Source: an uncultured delta proteobacterium (lineage in GTDB: Bacteria > Myxococcota_A > Polyangia > Haliangiales > Haliangiaceae). From it: a stretch of 64,000 nucleotides of DNA. The stretch lies in NCBI GenBank assembly GCA_963743525.1, contig CAVUQH010000003.1, positions 864,001 to 928,000 of the forward strand. The letters are read 5' to 3'. Both the position numbers and the translations under genes were made by a program. Numbering within the stretch: position 1 is the stretch's first letter; the number at the start of each line of letters is the position of its first letter. A model generated the notes under the pieces. That model made no database searches. It had not been told where the DNA came from and saw nothing but the letters and a program-made list of their open reading frames with translations. Below are positions 1 to 10,160 of the stretch, in pieces.

Positions 1-1024
<1,024 letters not shown>

Positions 1025-1106
1025 GGCGGCAGTGTACTGTCGGCGCGCTCCGGGGGAGGGCGTCGGCCGCGGTTTTTCTGCATCTGCCAGGCGGCGGGCG
1101 TAAGGT

Positions 1107-2528
1107 ATGGACATGACCGCAGGCAACGGGTTCTTCGCGCAGGTAAACGCGGCGGTAGACCGGGCTGTTGCGTTGATGAAGTTCGAGCCGGGGATCCTCG
1201 AGCAGATCCGCGCGTGCGACTGCATCTACCGGGTGGCGTTTCCCACCCGGCGCGACGACGGCAGCATCGAGGTGATCCACGGCTGGCGGGCCGAGCACAG
1301 CCACCATCGCGCGCCGACCAAGGGCGGCATCCGCTACAGCATGATGGTGAGCGAGGACGAGGTAACCGCGCTGGCGGCGCTGATGACGTACAAGTGCGCC
1401 GTCGTCGACGTGCCGTTCGGCGGGGCCAAGGGCGGCCTCAGGATCGCGGCGTGGAAATATTCGCCGGCGGAGCTGGAGCGGATCACGCGGCGGTTCACCT
1501 TCGAGCTGACGAGGAAGAACCTGATCGGTCCCGGGGTGGACGTGCCGGCGCCGGACTATGGCACCGGCCCTCGCGAGATGGCGTGGATGGTCGACACCTA
1601 CTCGATGCTGCATCCGGGCGAGCTCGACTCGCTGGCCGCGGTCACCGGCAAGCCGGTCACCCAGGGCGGCATTCGCGGGCGCAACGAGGCCACCGGGCGC
1701 GGCGTCTACTTCGGCATCCGCGAGACCTGCGAGGACGAGGAGCTGGCGAAGAAGTGGGGACTGTCCCGCGGGTTCGCCGGCAAGCGGATCATCGTCCAGG
1801 GGCTGGGCAACGTCGGCTATCACGCGGCCAAGTTCTGCCAGGAGGGCGGCGGGGTGATCGTCGCCCTGGCCGAGTTCGACGGCGCCGTTCACGATCCCAA
1901 CGGGCTCGACGTCGACGCGGTCTATCGCCATTTCCGCGACTCGGGATCGATCCGCAACTTCCCCGGCGCGACGACGCTGGAGAGCTCGGCCGAGGCGCTC
2001 GAGCTCGACTGCGACATCCTGGTGCCGGCTGCCCTCGAGGGACAGATCACGGCCGAAAACGCGCCGCGGATTCGCGCGCGAGTCGTGGCCGAGGGCGCCA
2101 ACGGTCCGGTCACCTCGGAGGCCGACCAGATCCTGCGCGAGCGCGGTATCGGCCTCGTCCCCGACGTCTACCTCAACGCCGGCGGCGTGGTGGTGTCGTA
2201 CTTCGAATGGATCAAGAACCTGTCGCACATCCGCTTCGGGCGCATGGGCCATCGCCTCGAGCAACAGCACTCCGAGCGCCTGCTGCGCGCCATCGGGCAG
2301 ATGAGCGGCACACCGGAGATTCCAGAAGACGAGGTCCGCCGCATCACCGCCGGCAGCGATGAGGTGTCGCTGGTCCAGTCCGGTCTCGAGGACACGATGA
2401 TCACCGCGCTCGGCGAGATCCGCGCGGTGCAGAAGGAGCGTCCCGAGGTCGACCTGCGAACCGCGGCCTACGTCGTCGCGCTGACCAAGATCCGCCGCGC
2501 CTACGACGAGCTCGGCCTGTTTCCGTGA
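1107..2528 (+). CDS. gdhA: Glu/Leu/Phe/Val dehydrogenase (glutamate dehydrogenase)
   Basis: KGGIRY, GGAKGG, VPAPD, TGKP...GR.EATGRG, QGLGNVG and EGANGP motifs. Confidence 0.92.
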   Translation: MDMTAGNGFFAQVNAAVDRAVALMKFEPGILEQIRACDCIYRVAFPTRRDDGSIEVIHGWRAEHSHHRAPTKGGIRYSMMVSEDEVTALAALMTYKCAVVDVPFGGAKGGLRIAAWKYSPAELERITRRFTFELTRKNLIGPGVDVPAPDYGTGPREMAWMVDTYSMLHPGELDSLAAVTGKPVTQGGIRGRNEATGRGVYFGIRETCEDEELAKKWGLSRGFAGKRIIVQGLGNVGYHAAKFCQEGGGVIVALAEFDGAVHDPNGLDVDAVYRHFRDSGSIRNFPGATTLESSAEALELDCDILVPAALEGQITAENAPRIRARVVAEGANGPVTSEADQILRERGIGLVPDVYLNAGGVVVSYFEWIKNLSHIRFGRMGHRLEQQHSERLLRAIGQMSGTPEIPEDEVRRITAGSDEVSLVQSGLEDTMITALGEIRAVQKERPEVDLRTAAYVVALTKIRRAYDELGLFP

Positions 2529-3589
2529 CGCCGGCGCAGGAGCAGCGCCGCCAATCCGGCCAGCGCCAGCGCGCCGCCGGGTGAACCGCCGCCGCCGTCG
2601 CAACAGCCGCCACCGGCCTGATCGCACGGCACGTAGCAGGCGCAGTCGCCGCCCGGTTCGATCTGCACGCACGAGTGACCGCCGCAGTCGCTGTCGGAGC
2701 TGCAGCTGTCGCCGAAGCCGCCGCCGTTCATCACCGGCAGCTGGCAGCGGTCGGCGCCGCAGACCATGCCCAGCGGGCAGTCTTCGTCGCCGGTGCACGG
2801 CGCGGTACAGATTTCGTCGACTCCGATGGTTGGCAGGGGACCCGGAGCGGTCTCGGCGTAGGTCAGATACGGGGCGATGAAGGCGTCGTAATAGGCGCCG
2901 ACGTTGACGTTGCTGGCGTAGGTGTCGCACGCGCGGTCACCGGCGGCGGTGACGCCGACGATCAGCTCGCCGCCGCTGCCGTCGCTGGCCAGGACCGGGC
3001 CGCCGCTGTCGCCGTCGCAGCTGAGGCCCGGCATCGGCTCGGTGCGAATGCGCATGCCGGCTACCTCGGTGACCAACGACGTACCGGTCCGCTTGGTGCC
3101 CAGGGTGCCGGTGCCGTCGGAGCCGAAGCCGACCACGCGCACCTGGCTGCCGACCAGGGTCGCGTCGGCGGCCATCGTCGCCAGCGGCACCGGGGGCGGC
3201 GCGGCCGCCTCGTCGAGTAGCATCATCGCCAGGTCGTTGGTCGAGTCGAGCTCGTAGTCGGGGTGGAGCTGCTGTTCGACGACCGTGCGGTAGGTGCCCG
3301 TCCCGGAGGTGTCGTCGCCGAAGAAGATGCTGCTGCCGGGGCCCAGCGCGTCGGCGCAGTGGGCGGCGGTTAGCACCACCCGCGGCGCGATCAACACGCC
3401 GGTGCACGAGACCAGCATCGGCTGGCCGCAGGCCAGCGGCCGGCGACCGATGGCGACCACCGCCGGATCGCCGCCGGCGGGCACCACATCGCCGCCGCTG
3501 ATCGCTGCGGTACCGCTGCCGGTTGACGGCTCGGTCGCGCAGGCGCTCATCAGCGCCAGCGCGCCGAGGACCGTGGCCGCGCGCTTCAC
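2501..3589 (-). CDS. Trypsin-like (S1) serine protease lipoprotein with Cys-rich region and MYXO-CTERM sorting signal
   Basis: LTAAHC, DLAM and GDSGGP catalytic triad motifs; lipobox-like SAC; C-terminal GGGCC...ALALAGLAALLLRRR. Confidence 0.88.
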   Translation of the reverse strand: MKRAATVLGALALMSACATEPSTGSGTAAISGGDVVPAGGDPAVVAIGRRPLACGQPMLVSCTGVLIAPRVVLTAAHCADALGPGSSIFFGDDTSGTGTYRTVVEQQLHPDYELDSTNDLAMMLLDEAAAPPPVPLATMAADATLVGSQVRVVGFGSDGTGTLGTKRTGTSLVTEVAGMRIRTEPMPGLSCDGDSGGPVLASDGSGGELIVGVTAAGDRACDTYASNVNVGAYYDAFIAPYLTYAETAPGPLPTIGVDEICTAPCTGDEDCPLGMVCGADRCQLPVMNGGGFGDSCSSDSDCGGHSCVQIEPGGDCACYVPCDQAGGGCCDGGGGSPGGALALAGLAALLLRRRHGNRPSSS

Positions 3590-5292
3590 GGACAGTCACC
3601 TTCGCGGATCAGCAGCTTCTGATTGGCGGCCACGCCGGTGCAGTGATCGACGGTGCGGCCGGGTGCCGGCCAGTCGACGGTGACGTTGACGGTGGTGGCG
3701 TCGCCCAGGCCGACGTGCAGCTGCGACTGCGGCGGCGCCAGATAGCCGCCGCCGCCGGTGCGTTCGCGGATGATCGGCGGCTGCCCGGCGGCGTCTACTT
3801 CGACGCGGGCGCCGATGCCGTCGCGGTTGGCCAGGCCGTTGGCCGTCGCCCGGGCGCCGCCTTCGAGCCGGATGATCAGCCAGTTTCCGCGGGCCGCCTG
3901 GTTGCGGTAGACCAGCAGTCCCGGCACCTGCGGGCCGCTGAAATCGATCTGCCCGACGACCAGGTCGAGGTCACCGTCGCCGTCGATGTCGCCGGCGGTA
4001 GCACTGCGCGAGCCCTGAGCGGAGGCGACGCCGGACCCGGAGCCCACGGGTTCGAACCGCCCACCGACGTTGTGCAGCAGCGCGTTGGGCTGCAGCCACG
4101 CGTCCTGATAGACGCGCGGGTCGTTGCGGACTTGACCGTCGGCCACGAACAGATCCTCCCAGCCGTCCTGGTCGAAGTCCAGGAATACGGCCGCCCAGCT
4201 GGTCAGCGCCGGGCGATTCGGATCAGCGACGTAGCGCGCCTGGTAGTCGGCGATGGCGCGCTCGTCTGCATCCGCGGAGCCGGCATCGGCCGGTGTATAG
4301 GTGAAGTCGATGCTGTCGTCAGCGGTGTCGCACAGGCCGGCGCCGCGATCGCGGGCGACGTTGACGAAGGCGCCGCCCTGCTGCTCGGCCAGCACGTTGC
4401 AGCCGATGTTGGTCAGGTAGTAGTCGAGATCACCGTCGCGGTCGTAGTCGCTGGTGCTGATGTTCATGGCGTAGATGCCGACGTCGAGCCCGGCTGGCGT
4501 GTCGTCGGTCATCGCCGGCGGATCAGAGCCGTCGTTGCGGAAGAAGCGGGTGCGCGGCGACAGCACGCCGAAGTCGTTGCCCTCGAACAGATCCATGTCG
4601 CCATCGCCGTCGGGATCGCTCATGGCCACGGTGGTGGTAAAGCGGGCGCCGCCGACGCCGACCTCGGCAGTGGCGTCGCGGAACGAGCCGCCGCCCTCGT
4701 TGTGGTAGAGCACGTTGGCCTGCGGCTCGCTGGTGCCCAGGTAATCGGCCCAATTGCCGACGTACAGATCCAGCAGTCCGTCGCCGTCGTAGTCGCCCCA
4801 GGCCGCCGTCGTGCCCCAGCCGGTGTCGCCGACCCCCGCGCTGTCGGTGACGTTGACGAAGACACCATCGTCGTTGCGCAAGAGCAGGTTGCCCTGCTGG
4901 CTGGTCAGGTAGAGGTTGACGTCGCCGTCGTTGTCGAAGTCGCCGGGGGCGACCCCGTGGATGCCGATCAGTCCGGCGAGGCCGACGGCGCTGGTCGCTT
5001 CGCTGAAGCCGCCGCTGCCGTCACCGAACGCAAACGAAGTTGCGAAGGCGTCGCCACCGGCGAACAGATCGAGGGCGCCGTCTCCGTCGACGTCGATCAG
5101 CGCCACGCCCGAGCCGTAGAAGTCGTTGCGGTGCGAGATGCCGCCGGTCAGGCAGAAGTTGACGCTGGCCCCATCCGGGCCATCGCAGCGCACGGCGGCC
5201 AGGGGCTGTGGATCGTCCCCGGTCATCTGCTGGCCGCCCCCACCACATCCACCTTGGATCAGTTGTCCAAGAACTGTGCAGAACAGTATCAA
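3586..5292 (-). CDS. CRTAC1-family FG-GAP/VCBS repeat protein with ASPIC/UnbV C-terminal domain
   Basis: Repeated DxDGDGxxD motifs; C-terminal NRDGIGARVEV...GGGYL...LHVGLG. Start uncertain (TTG 5292 chosen; ORF open to 5406). Confidence 0.85.
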   Translation of the reverse strand: MILFCTVLGQLIQGGCGGGGQQMTGDDPQPLAAVRCDGPDGASVNFCLTGGISHRNDFYGSGVALIDVDGDGALDLFAGGDAFATSFAFGDGSGGFSEATSAVGLAGLIGIHGVAPGDFDNDGDVNLYLTSQQGNLLLRNDDGVFVNVTDSAGVGDTGWGTTAAWGDYDGDGLLDLYVGNWADYLGTSEPQANVLYHNEGGGSFRDATAEVGVGGARFTTTVAMSDPDGDGDMDLFEGNDFGVLSPRTRFFRNDGSDPPAMTDDTPAGLDVGIYAMNISTSDYDRDGDLDYYLTNIGCNVLAEQQGGAFVNVARDRGAGLCDTADDSIDFTYTPADAGSADADERAIADYQARYVADPNRPALTSWAAVFLDFDQDGWEDLFVADGQVRNDPRVYQDAWLQPNALLHNVGGRFEPVGSGSGVASAQGSRSATAGDIDGDGDLDLVVGQIDFSGPQVPGLLVYRNQAARGNWLIIRLEGGARATANGLANRDGIGARVEVDAAGQPPIIRERTGGGGYLAPPQSQLHVGLGDATTVNVTVDWPAPGRTVDHCTGVAANQKLLIREGDCP

Positions 5293-5389
5293 CCTTGAAC
5301 AGATCTGTTCAGTCTGTACAGGTGTTGAACAGAGCGATGTAACCCTGTGTATTACATTTCGGCTAGTTAAGGCTGGCATGTCGGCTGCA
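5262..5389 (+). promoter_or_regulatory. Putative sigma54 (-24/-12) promoter with upstream enhancer-like palindromes
   Basis: TGGCAT-GTCGG-CTGCA at 5374-5389 (GG-N10-GC); perfect palindrome TGAACAGATCTGTTCA at 5296-5311 plus related TGNNCA repeats; AT-rich spacer. Confidence 0.55.
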
Positions 5390-5452
5390 AAACGTATGGC
5401 CTGCAAGATTCATTACGCACCTTGCAATGCCTCGGACCCCAAAGGAGCCGAT

Positions 5453-6328
5453 ATGAAGCGCATCCCAGCCACCCTGGCCGCCGTACTTCTTCTCACCGTT
5501 GCCGGTTGCGCGACGCAGGAGGACACAGGCTCCGTCGGTGATCTGGAGCTCCAGATGACCTCCAACTCCGTGGACGGTACCTTCACCGCCTCCACCGGCG
5601 ACTTGCTCGAGTTCCACAGCGTGGCGACCGCCCCCGACACCATCGAGATCAGCGTCGAGCTCCGCGGCATGATGCTGATGGCCACCATGGACGTCACCGG
5701 CGCCATGGATCTGGACGTCTTCTCGCTGGCCAACGGCCAGGACACGCAGATCCTCGAGGCCGACCGTGCGGTGCTGGGTGAGTTCTCGAGCGCGGTCTTC
5801 GACTACGACCCGAACACCACGTTCGTGCCGCTGAGCAAGCTCGAGCGCATCTCCAGCATGTGGGCCTCCTGGCCCGAGACCAACGTGGCGAGCCGCCTCG
5901 TGCTCGGCCAGGCCGACCACAGCTACACCAGCCTGTGCGGCTACATCAACTATTACGTCAAGTTCACCCACGACGGCCCCGGCAGCTGGGTCGGCGGCTG
6001 CGGCAGGGACAACTGGGACGACAAGTCAACCTACTACGGCCTGGTCAACTCCGAGGGCGCCTGCAGCGGCAGCAGCGACGGCACCAAGTTCACCGCCGAC
6101 GGTGCCAGCTGGAAGTGCTACGAGCCGGACCACAGCAAGTCGATGGAGTACGCCCGCGGCGAGTGCTTCGCCCAGTGCGGCAACGGCTGCGGCAGCCCCG
6201 ACTTCTCGGTCGACTGTGGCGACCACGACAGCTGCGTCCGCTTTGGCCACGCGCTGGTCTCCATCTCCTGCCAGGACGAGTTCGACAGCACGCTCGACGA
6301 TTCGGCGTTTACGCCCGTCTGCAAGTGA
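5453..6328 (+). CDS. Lipoprotein with Cys-rich C-terminal domain containing a CxxHDxC (phospholipase A2-like) motif
   Basis: AAGGAG RBS, lipobox VAGC, C-terminal CFAQCGNGC...DCGDHDSC. Confidence 0.7.
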   Translation: MKRIPATLAAVLLLTVAGCATQEDTGSVGDLELQMTSNSVDGTFTASTGDLLEFHSVATAPDTIEISVELRGMMLMATMDVTGAMDLDVFSLANGQDTQILEADRAVLGEFSSAVFDYDPNTTFVPLSKLERISSMWASWPETNVASRLVLGQADHSYTSLCGYINYYVKFTHDGPGSWVGGCGRDNWDDKSTYYGLVNSEGACSGSSDGTKFTADGASWKCYEPDHSKSMEYARGECFAQCGNGCGSPDFSVDCGDHDSCVRFGHALVSISCQDEFDSTLDDSAFTPVCK

Positions 6329-6347
6329 GCGTGTATCATAGCCGCCG

Positions 6348-6965
6348 ATGGCTACCCGGCCGAACAGGTCGAAGTTGATCCTCGCGGCCACCGTGGCGCT
6401 CGCCGTCGCGGTGGCCGTGCTGCTTTGGAAGAGCCGTGCCGGTTCGGACGAGCCGGCTGCGGTCGCGCCCGCGGCCGCGGATGGCGACGGCGCCGCGGGA
6501 TCGAGCGGTGCCCGCGCGTCGTCCGAAGGCCCACCTCCGACGCTGGACAACGCGGCCCCGGTCTCGGACCCGTCGGCCCTGCCGCCGGAGCGACCGCGCC
6601 GTCCCAGCGAGGGGCTCGATCCGCGCGACGTGCCGCCGCCCAAGGGCGTGGCCAACGTCCAGCGCCCCTCGGGTGACGTGACGATGCCGTTCCGCCTGGA
6701 GAAGACCAGGCACATGATCTCGCTGCTCGAGGAGCGGGCCGATTGGATGGAGCAGCACATCACCGAGGCCGAGCAGGCCGGCGACGCCAAGGAAGCGGCC
6801 AAGGGGCGCATCATCCTGCAGCGGCTGCGCTCGCGCATCACCGCGGTCAAGCAGGAGCTGTCCGACGACCAGGCCGGCAACCCGCCGACCGAGGGCGACG
6901 ACAAGCGCGCCGGTCAGCCGCCGCCGATGCAGCAGGAGTTCGCCCCGCCGAAGAGCAAGCCGTGA
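6348..6965 (+). CDS. Hypothetical membrane-anchored protein
   Basis: N-terminal TM helix, Pro/Ala linker, helical C-terminal part; stop overlaps the next start (GTGA). Confidence 0.65.
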   Translation: MATRPNRSKLILAATVALAVAVAVLLWKSRAGSDEPAAVAPAAADGDGAAGSSGARASSEGPPPTLDNAAPVSDPSALPPERPRRPSEGLDPRDVPPPKGVANVQRPSGDVTMPFRLEKTRHMISLLEERADWMEQHITEAEQAGDAKEAAKGRIILQRLRSRITAVKQELSDDQAGNPPTEGDDKRAGQPPPMQQEFAPPKSKP

Positions 6966-8395
6966 CCGGGCGGGGGGGATGGCTCGTGCTCGCGGTCGCC
7001 GCGCTGTCCGCGAGCCCCGGTTGTGGCGACAACGAGGGCGGCGCCGACGGCGGTGACTGGACGGTGCCGATGGAGTTCGGCTTCGAGGGCTCGCTGGCGC
7101 TGTGCGATCTCGACGGCGACGGCCGCCCGGAGCTGGTCGGCTCGATGACGTCGTTCTTCGGCGACCTGATGCCGGACAGCTACGTAATCGCGGTCGACGC
7201 CACCCGCGGCACGGTGCGGGCGCAGACCGACCCCGGCGTCGGCGGCTTTGCCTATCCGTTCTGCGTCGACGTGGACGGCGACGGCGTCCTCGACGTGCTG
7301 GTGTCCGGGCGCAGCGGCGACGTCGAGGCACTGTCGGGCACCGACCTGCGGTCGATCTGGTCGCTCGACGCCAACAACCCCGGCCTGCTCGACGGCAACA
7401 CCTACTCGGTGGTGGCGCCGGCCGGCGATTCGACCACCCTGTTCGTGGTCGACGGCGGCGGCGGCAACCCGGAGATCAACGAGCCGGACGTGCCCGGCAA
7501 GCTGGTCGCCTTCGGCACCGACGGCATGGTCGTGGGCACCTGGCAGCCGCCGGGGATGCCCGAGATGTACAGCTCGCCGGCCGTGCTGGTGCGCGGCGGG
7601 CAAACGCTCCTGGCCGTCGGCACCGGCGGCGAGCGGCTGCAGGGCGACCTCTACCTGTTGTCGTGGGACGAGGGCAGCGGCACGTTCACGCCGCTATGGA
7701 ACCAGCCGTCGCTGTGCACCAACGGCGGCTTCGTCGCCAGCCCGATGATCGGCGACATCACCGGCGACGGAACGCCCGACGTGGTCGACACCGACTTCTG
7801 CGGCCGCGTCTACGCCTTCGATCTGGCCGGCAACCCGCTGTGGACCTACGACGCCGACCTGTATTACGGCTCGGCCAACCCGCTGCTCGCCGACCTCGAC
7901 GGCGACGGCGTGCTCGACGTGACCGCGGTGTTCGAGTCGGTCAACTACAGCTTCTTCTCGCAGACGCTGACCGACCCGCACAGCGACGTGATCGCGCTGC
8001 GCGGAATCGACGGTTCCCCGCTGTGGACCAAGCGGATGGATCAGCTGGTCTTCACCTCGCCGCTGTCGGCCGACTACGACGGCGACGGCGTCGAGGACGT
8101 GTGGATCGCCGGCGCCTCGACGCCGTTCGACGACGACCTGATGGCCGAGACCCGCGTCTTCTCCGGTACCTCCGGCGACACGCTGTACGAGCTGCCCGCC
8201 GGCAACATGACCGGCACCCCGGTGCTGGGCGACGTCGACGGCGACGGCAGGCTCGATCTGATCGTCACCGACCTCGAGGGCCCGCGCATGCCCGGCGTGA
8301 TCCAGCGGGTCGAGCTTCCCGACGTCGGCTACGACCCGGCGCGCTCGTGGAGCGGCTTCCGCGGCCAGCCGGCGCACGACGGCGTGCGCCGGTGA
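6962..8395 (+). CDS. FG-GAP/PQQ-like beta-propeller lipoprotein
   Basis: Lipobox SPGC; many DxDGDG repeats; GTG start overlapping the upstream stop. Confidence 0.8.
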   Translation: MTGRGGWLVLAVAALSASPGCGDNEGGADGGDWTVPMEFGFEGSLALCDLDGDGRPELVGSMTSFFGDLMPDSYVIAVDATRGTVRAQTDPGVGGFAYPFCVDVDGDGVLDVLVSGRSGDVEALSGTDLRSIWSLDANNPGLLDGNTYSVVAPAGDSTTLFVVDGGGGNPEINEPDVPGKLVAFGTDGMVVGTWQPPGMPEMYSSPAVLVRGGQTLLAVGTGGERLQGDLYLLSWDEGSGTFTPLWNQPSLCTNGGFVASPMIGDITGDGTPDVVDTDFCGRVYAFDLAGNPLWTYDADLYYGSANPLLADLDGDGVLDVTAVFESVNYSFFSQTLTDPHSDVIALRGIDGSPLWTKRMDQLVFTSPLSADYDGDGVEDVWIAGASTPFDDDLMAETRVFSGTSGDTLYELPAGNMTGTPVLGDVDGDGRLDLIVTDLEGPRMPGVIQRVELPDVGYDPARSWSGFRGQPAHDGVRR

Positions 8396-8764
8396 CTACA
8401 TCTTGGTGATCACCCAGCGGTTGTTCTGCAGCTCGACGCGGATGATCGCCATCTTGGTCTTGCCCGCGACCATCACGTGAATCAGCCGCGCGTCGGGGTC
8501 GCGGCCATCCGGCTGGTTGTCGTCGATGGAGATCATGCGCATGCCGCCGACGTCACCGAGCACCTTGTCGCAGCCCTGCTTGTGCATCTCGCGGCCGAGG
8601 TCGCCGCCGATGGTGCGCATCAGCAGGTCGCAGTCGTGTCGCTCCAGCCCGGTGAAGAAGTCGCGCACGGTCTGCTCGGCGGCCTCGGGGCTGGGCCGCT
8701 CGGAATGGGAGCAGGCGACCGGCGCGAGGCACAGCACGAGGGCGATCGAAACGGCCCGGAGCAT
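8396..8764 (-). CDS. Small lipoprotein, possibly NTF2-like fold
   Basis: Lipobox PVAC; SPE..VRDFF and terminal WVI patterns. Confidence 0.6.
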   Translation of the reverse strand: MLRAVSIALVLCLAPVACSHSERPSPEAAEQTVRDFFTGLERHDCDLLMRTIGGDLGREMHKQGCDKVLGDVGGMRMISIDDNQPDGRDPDARLIHVMVAGKTKMAIIRVELQNNRWVITKM

Positions 8765-8779
8765 GGACTGATGATACCG

Positions 8780-10138
8780 CTACTGCGGCCCCGGCGGCAG
8801 GTAGCGCGGCCAGCGCTCGCGCCACTCCTCGGCGGCCCGCGACAGCGGCCCGAGCAGGCCCGTGGGCGGCTGGTCGAGCGCCAGCTCGCGCCGCAGGTAG
8901 TCGGCAAAGGCGGCGCGGCGGGCCGGGTCCTGGAACGGCGGCGGCCGCCCCTGCACGGCGATCCAGTGGTCGGTGTACTGCACGCCGGGCCGCTGGTAGC
9001 CGGGCTTCTTGGGCATGTGACACGAGACGCAGTCGCTGCCGGAAGCGACCTTCACTGTGTGGTGCGAGGCTGCAGGTTTTGCGTGGCAGCGCAGGCAGAC
9101 GGCGTGGGTGCGCTCGGCGGTCTTCTTCGGGTCGATGTTGTCGTGCGGGCTGTGGCAGTCGAGGCAGCTCGGCCGATCGGCGTCGGCGGTCAGGCGGAAG
9201 CAGTCGCTCAGCATCAGACTGACGCTGGCAAAGCGGGCCAGCTGGGCGTCGTGGTCGAGCACGAACGGCGGGTACGACGTGGACGGCCGGCCGTGGCACT
9301 GGCCGCAGAAGCGGACCTGCTCGGTCGGCGCCAGGTCGCCGGGCTGGAAGATCGCCGGATCGTCGCTGTCCATCACCGTGGCCGCGTGCACGCTGCCCGG
9401 ACCGTGGCAGCGCTCGCACTGGATGCCGAAGACGGTGTTGGAGACGTCGAGCACGTCGTCGGCCCAGACCGGCCTGGTGGTGTGGCAGAACAGGCAGTGC
9501 TCGGTGGCGTTGGGTTTTTGCGGCACCCCGATCACGCCGGGGGTGTGGCCGGGGCTGACCGCCCAGATCTTTTTGGCCAGGTAGTAGCTGGCGCCCAGCT
9601 CGACGATGCGCCGGTCCTGCCACAGCGCGATCGGCGTGAGCTGGGTGGCCGAGCCGATCAGCACGGCGACGTCCAGGCTGGCCGGGCCGCGCGCCGGCGG
9701 CTTCACGGTCTCGATGACCACGCCGCTCTCGGTGCGGCGGTAGTGGGGCAGGGTGTCGGGCTGGTACGGCGACGCCAGGCGAGCCCTGGAAAACCAGCGG
9801 TCGCGATCGCTGGCGACGATCCTGCGGCTGGTCTGGGCCATGTGATGATCGACGGCGCGGGCGGCCAGCTCGCGGTGGCACTCGGCGCACGCGGCCGATC
9901 CGATCGGCTGGGCGCGCGCGCGCAGGCGCTCCCACCCGGCCTGCCATCCGCTGGGCGGTGGCGGGGTTGGCGCTCCCGGCCCGCCGAAGACGTCCTCGGG
10001 GCGGGTGACCGGCGGCCGCCGGTGGTGCTGTTTGCGCGCCCGGTGCTCGGACGATTTGCACCCCACCACTGCCGCGACGACGAGGCCGATCGCGGCGGCG
10101 CGGCTCCACCTGGCGACGCTGCGCTCACCCCTCCGCAC
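8780..10138 (-). CDS. Multiheme c-type cytochrome lipoprotein (7 CxxCH)
   Basis: CAECH, CLFCH, CERCH(GPG), CGQCH, CLDCH, CLRCH, CVSCH; lipobox VVGC. Confidence 0.88.
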   Translation of the reverse strand: MRRGERSVARWSRAAAIGLVVAAVVGCKSSEHRARKQHHRRPPVTRPEDVFGGPGAPTPPPPSGWQAGWERLRARAQPIGSAACAECHRELAARAVDHHMAQTSRRIVASDRDRWFSRARLASPYQPDTLPHYRRTESGVVIETVKPPARGPASLDVAVLIGSATQLTPIALWQDRRIVELGASYYLAKKIWAVSPGHTPGVIGVPQKPNATEHCLFCHTTRPVWADDVLDVSNTVFGIQCERCHGPGSVHAATVMDSDDPAIFQPGDLAPTEQVRFCGQCHGRPSTSYPPFVLDHDAQLARFASVSLMLSDCFRLTADADRPSCLDCHSPHDNIDPKKTAERTHAVCLRCHAKPAASHHTVKVASGSDCVSCHMPKKPGYQRPGVQYTDHWIAVQGRPPPFQDPARRAAFADYLRRELALDQPPTGLLGPLSRAAEEWRERWPRYLPPGPQ

Positions 10139-10160
10139 GCGCGGTCAGGGTAGCACGGGG

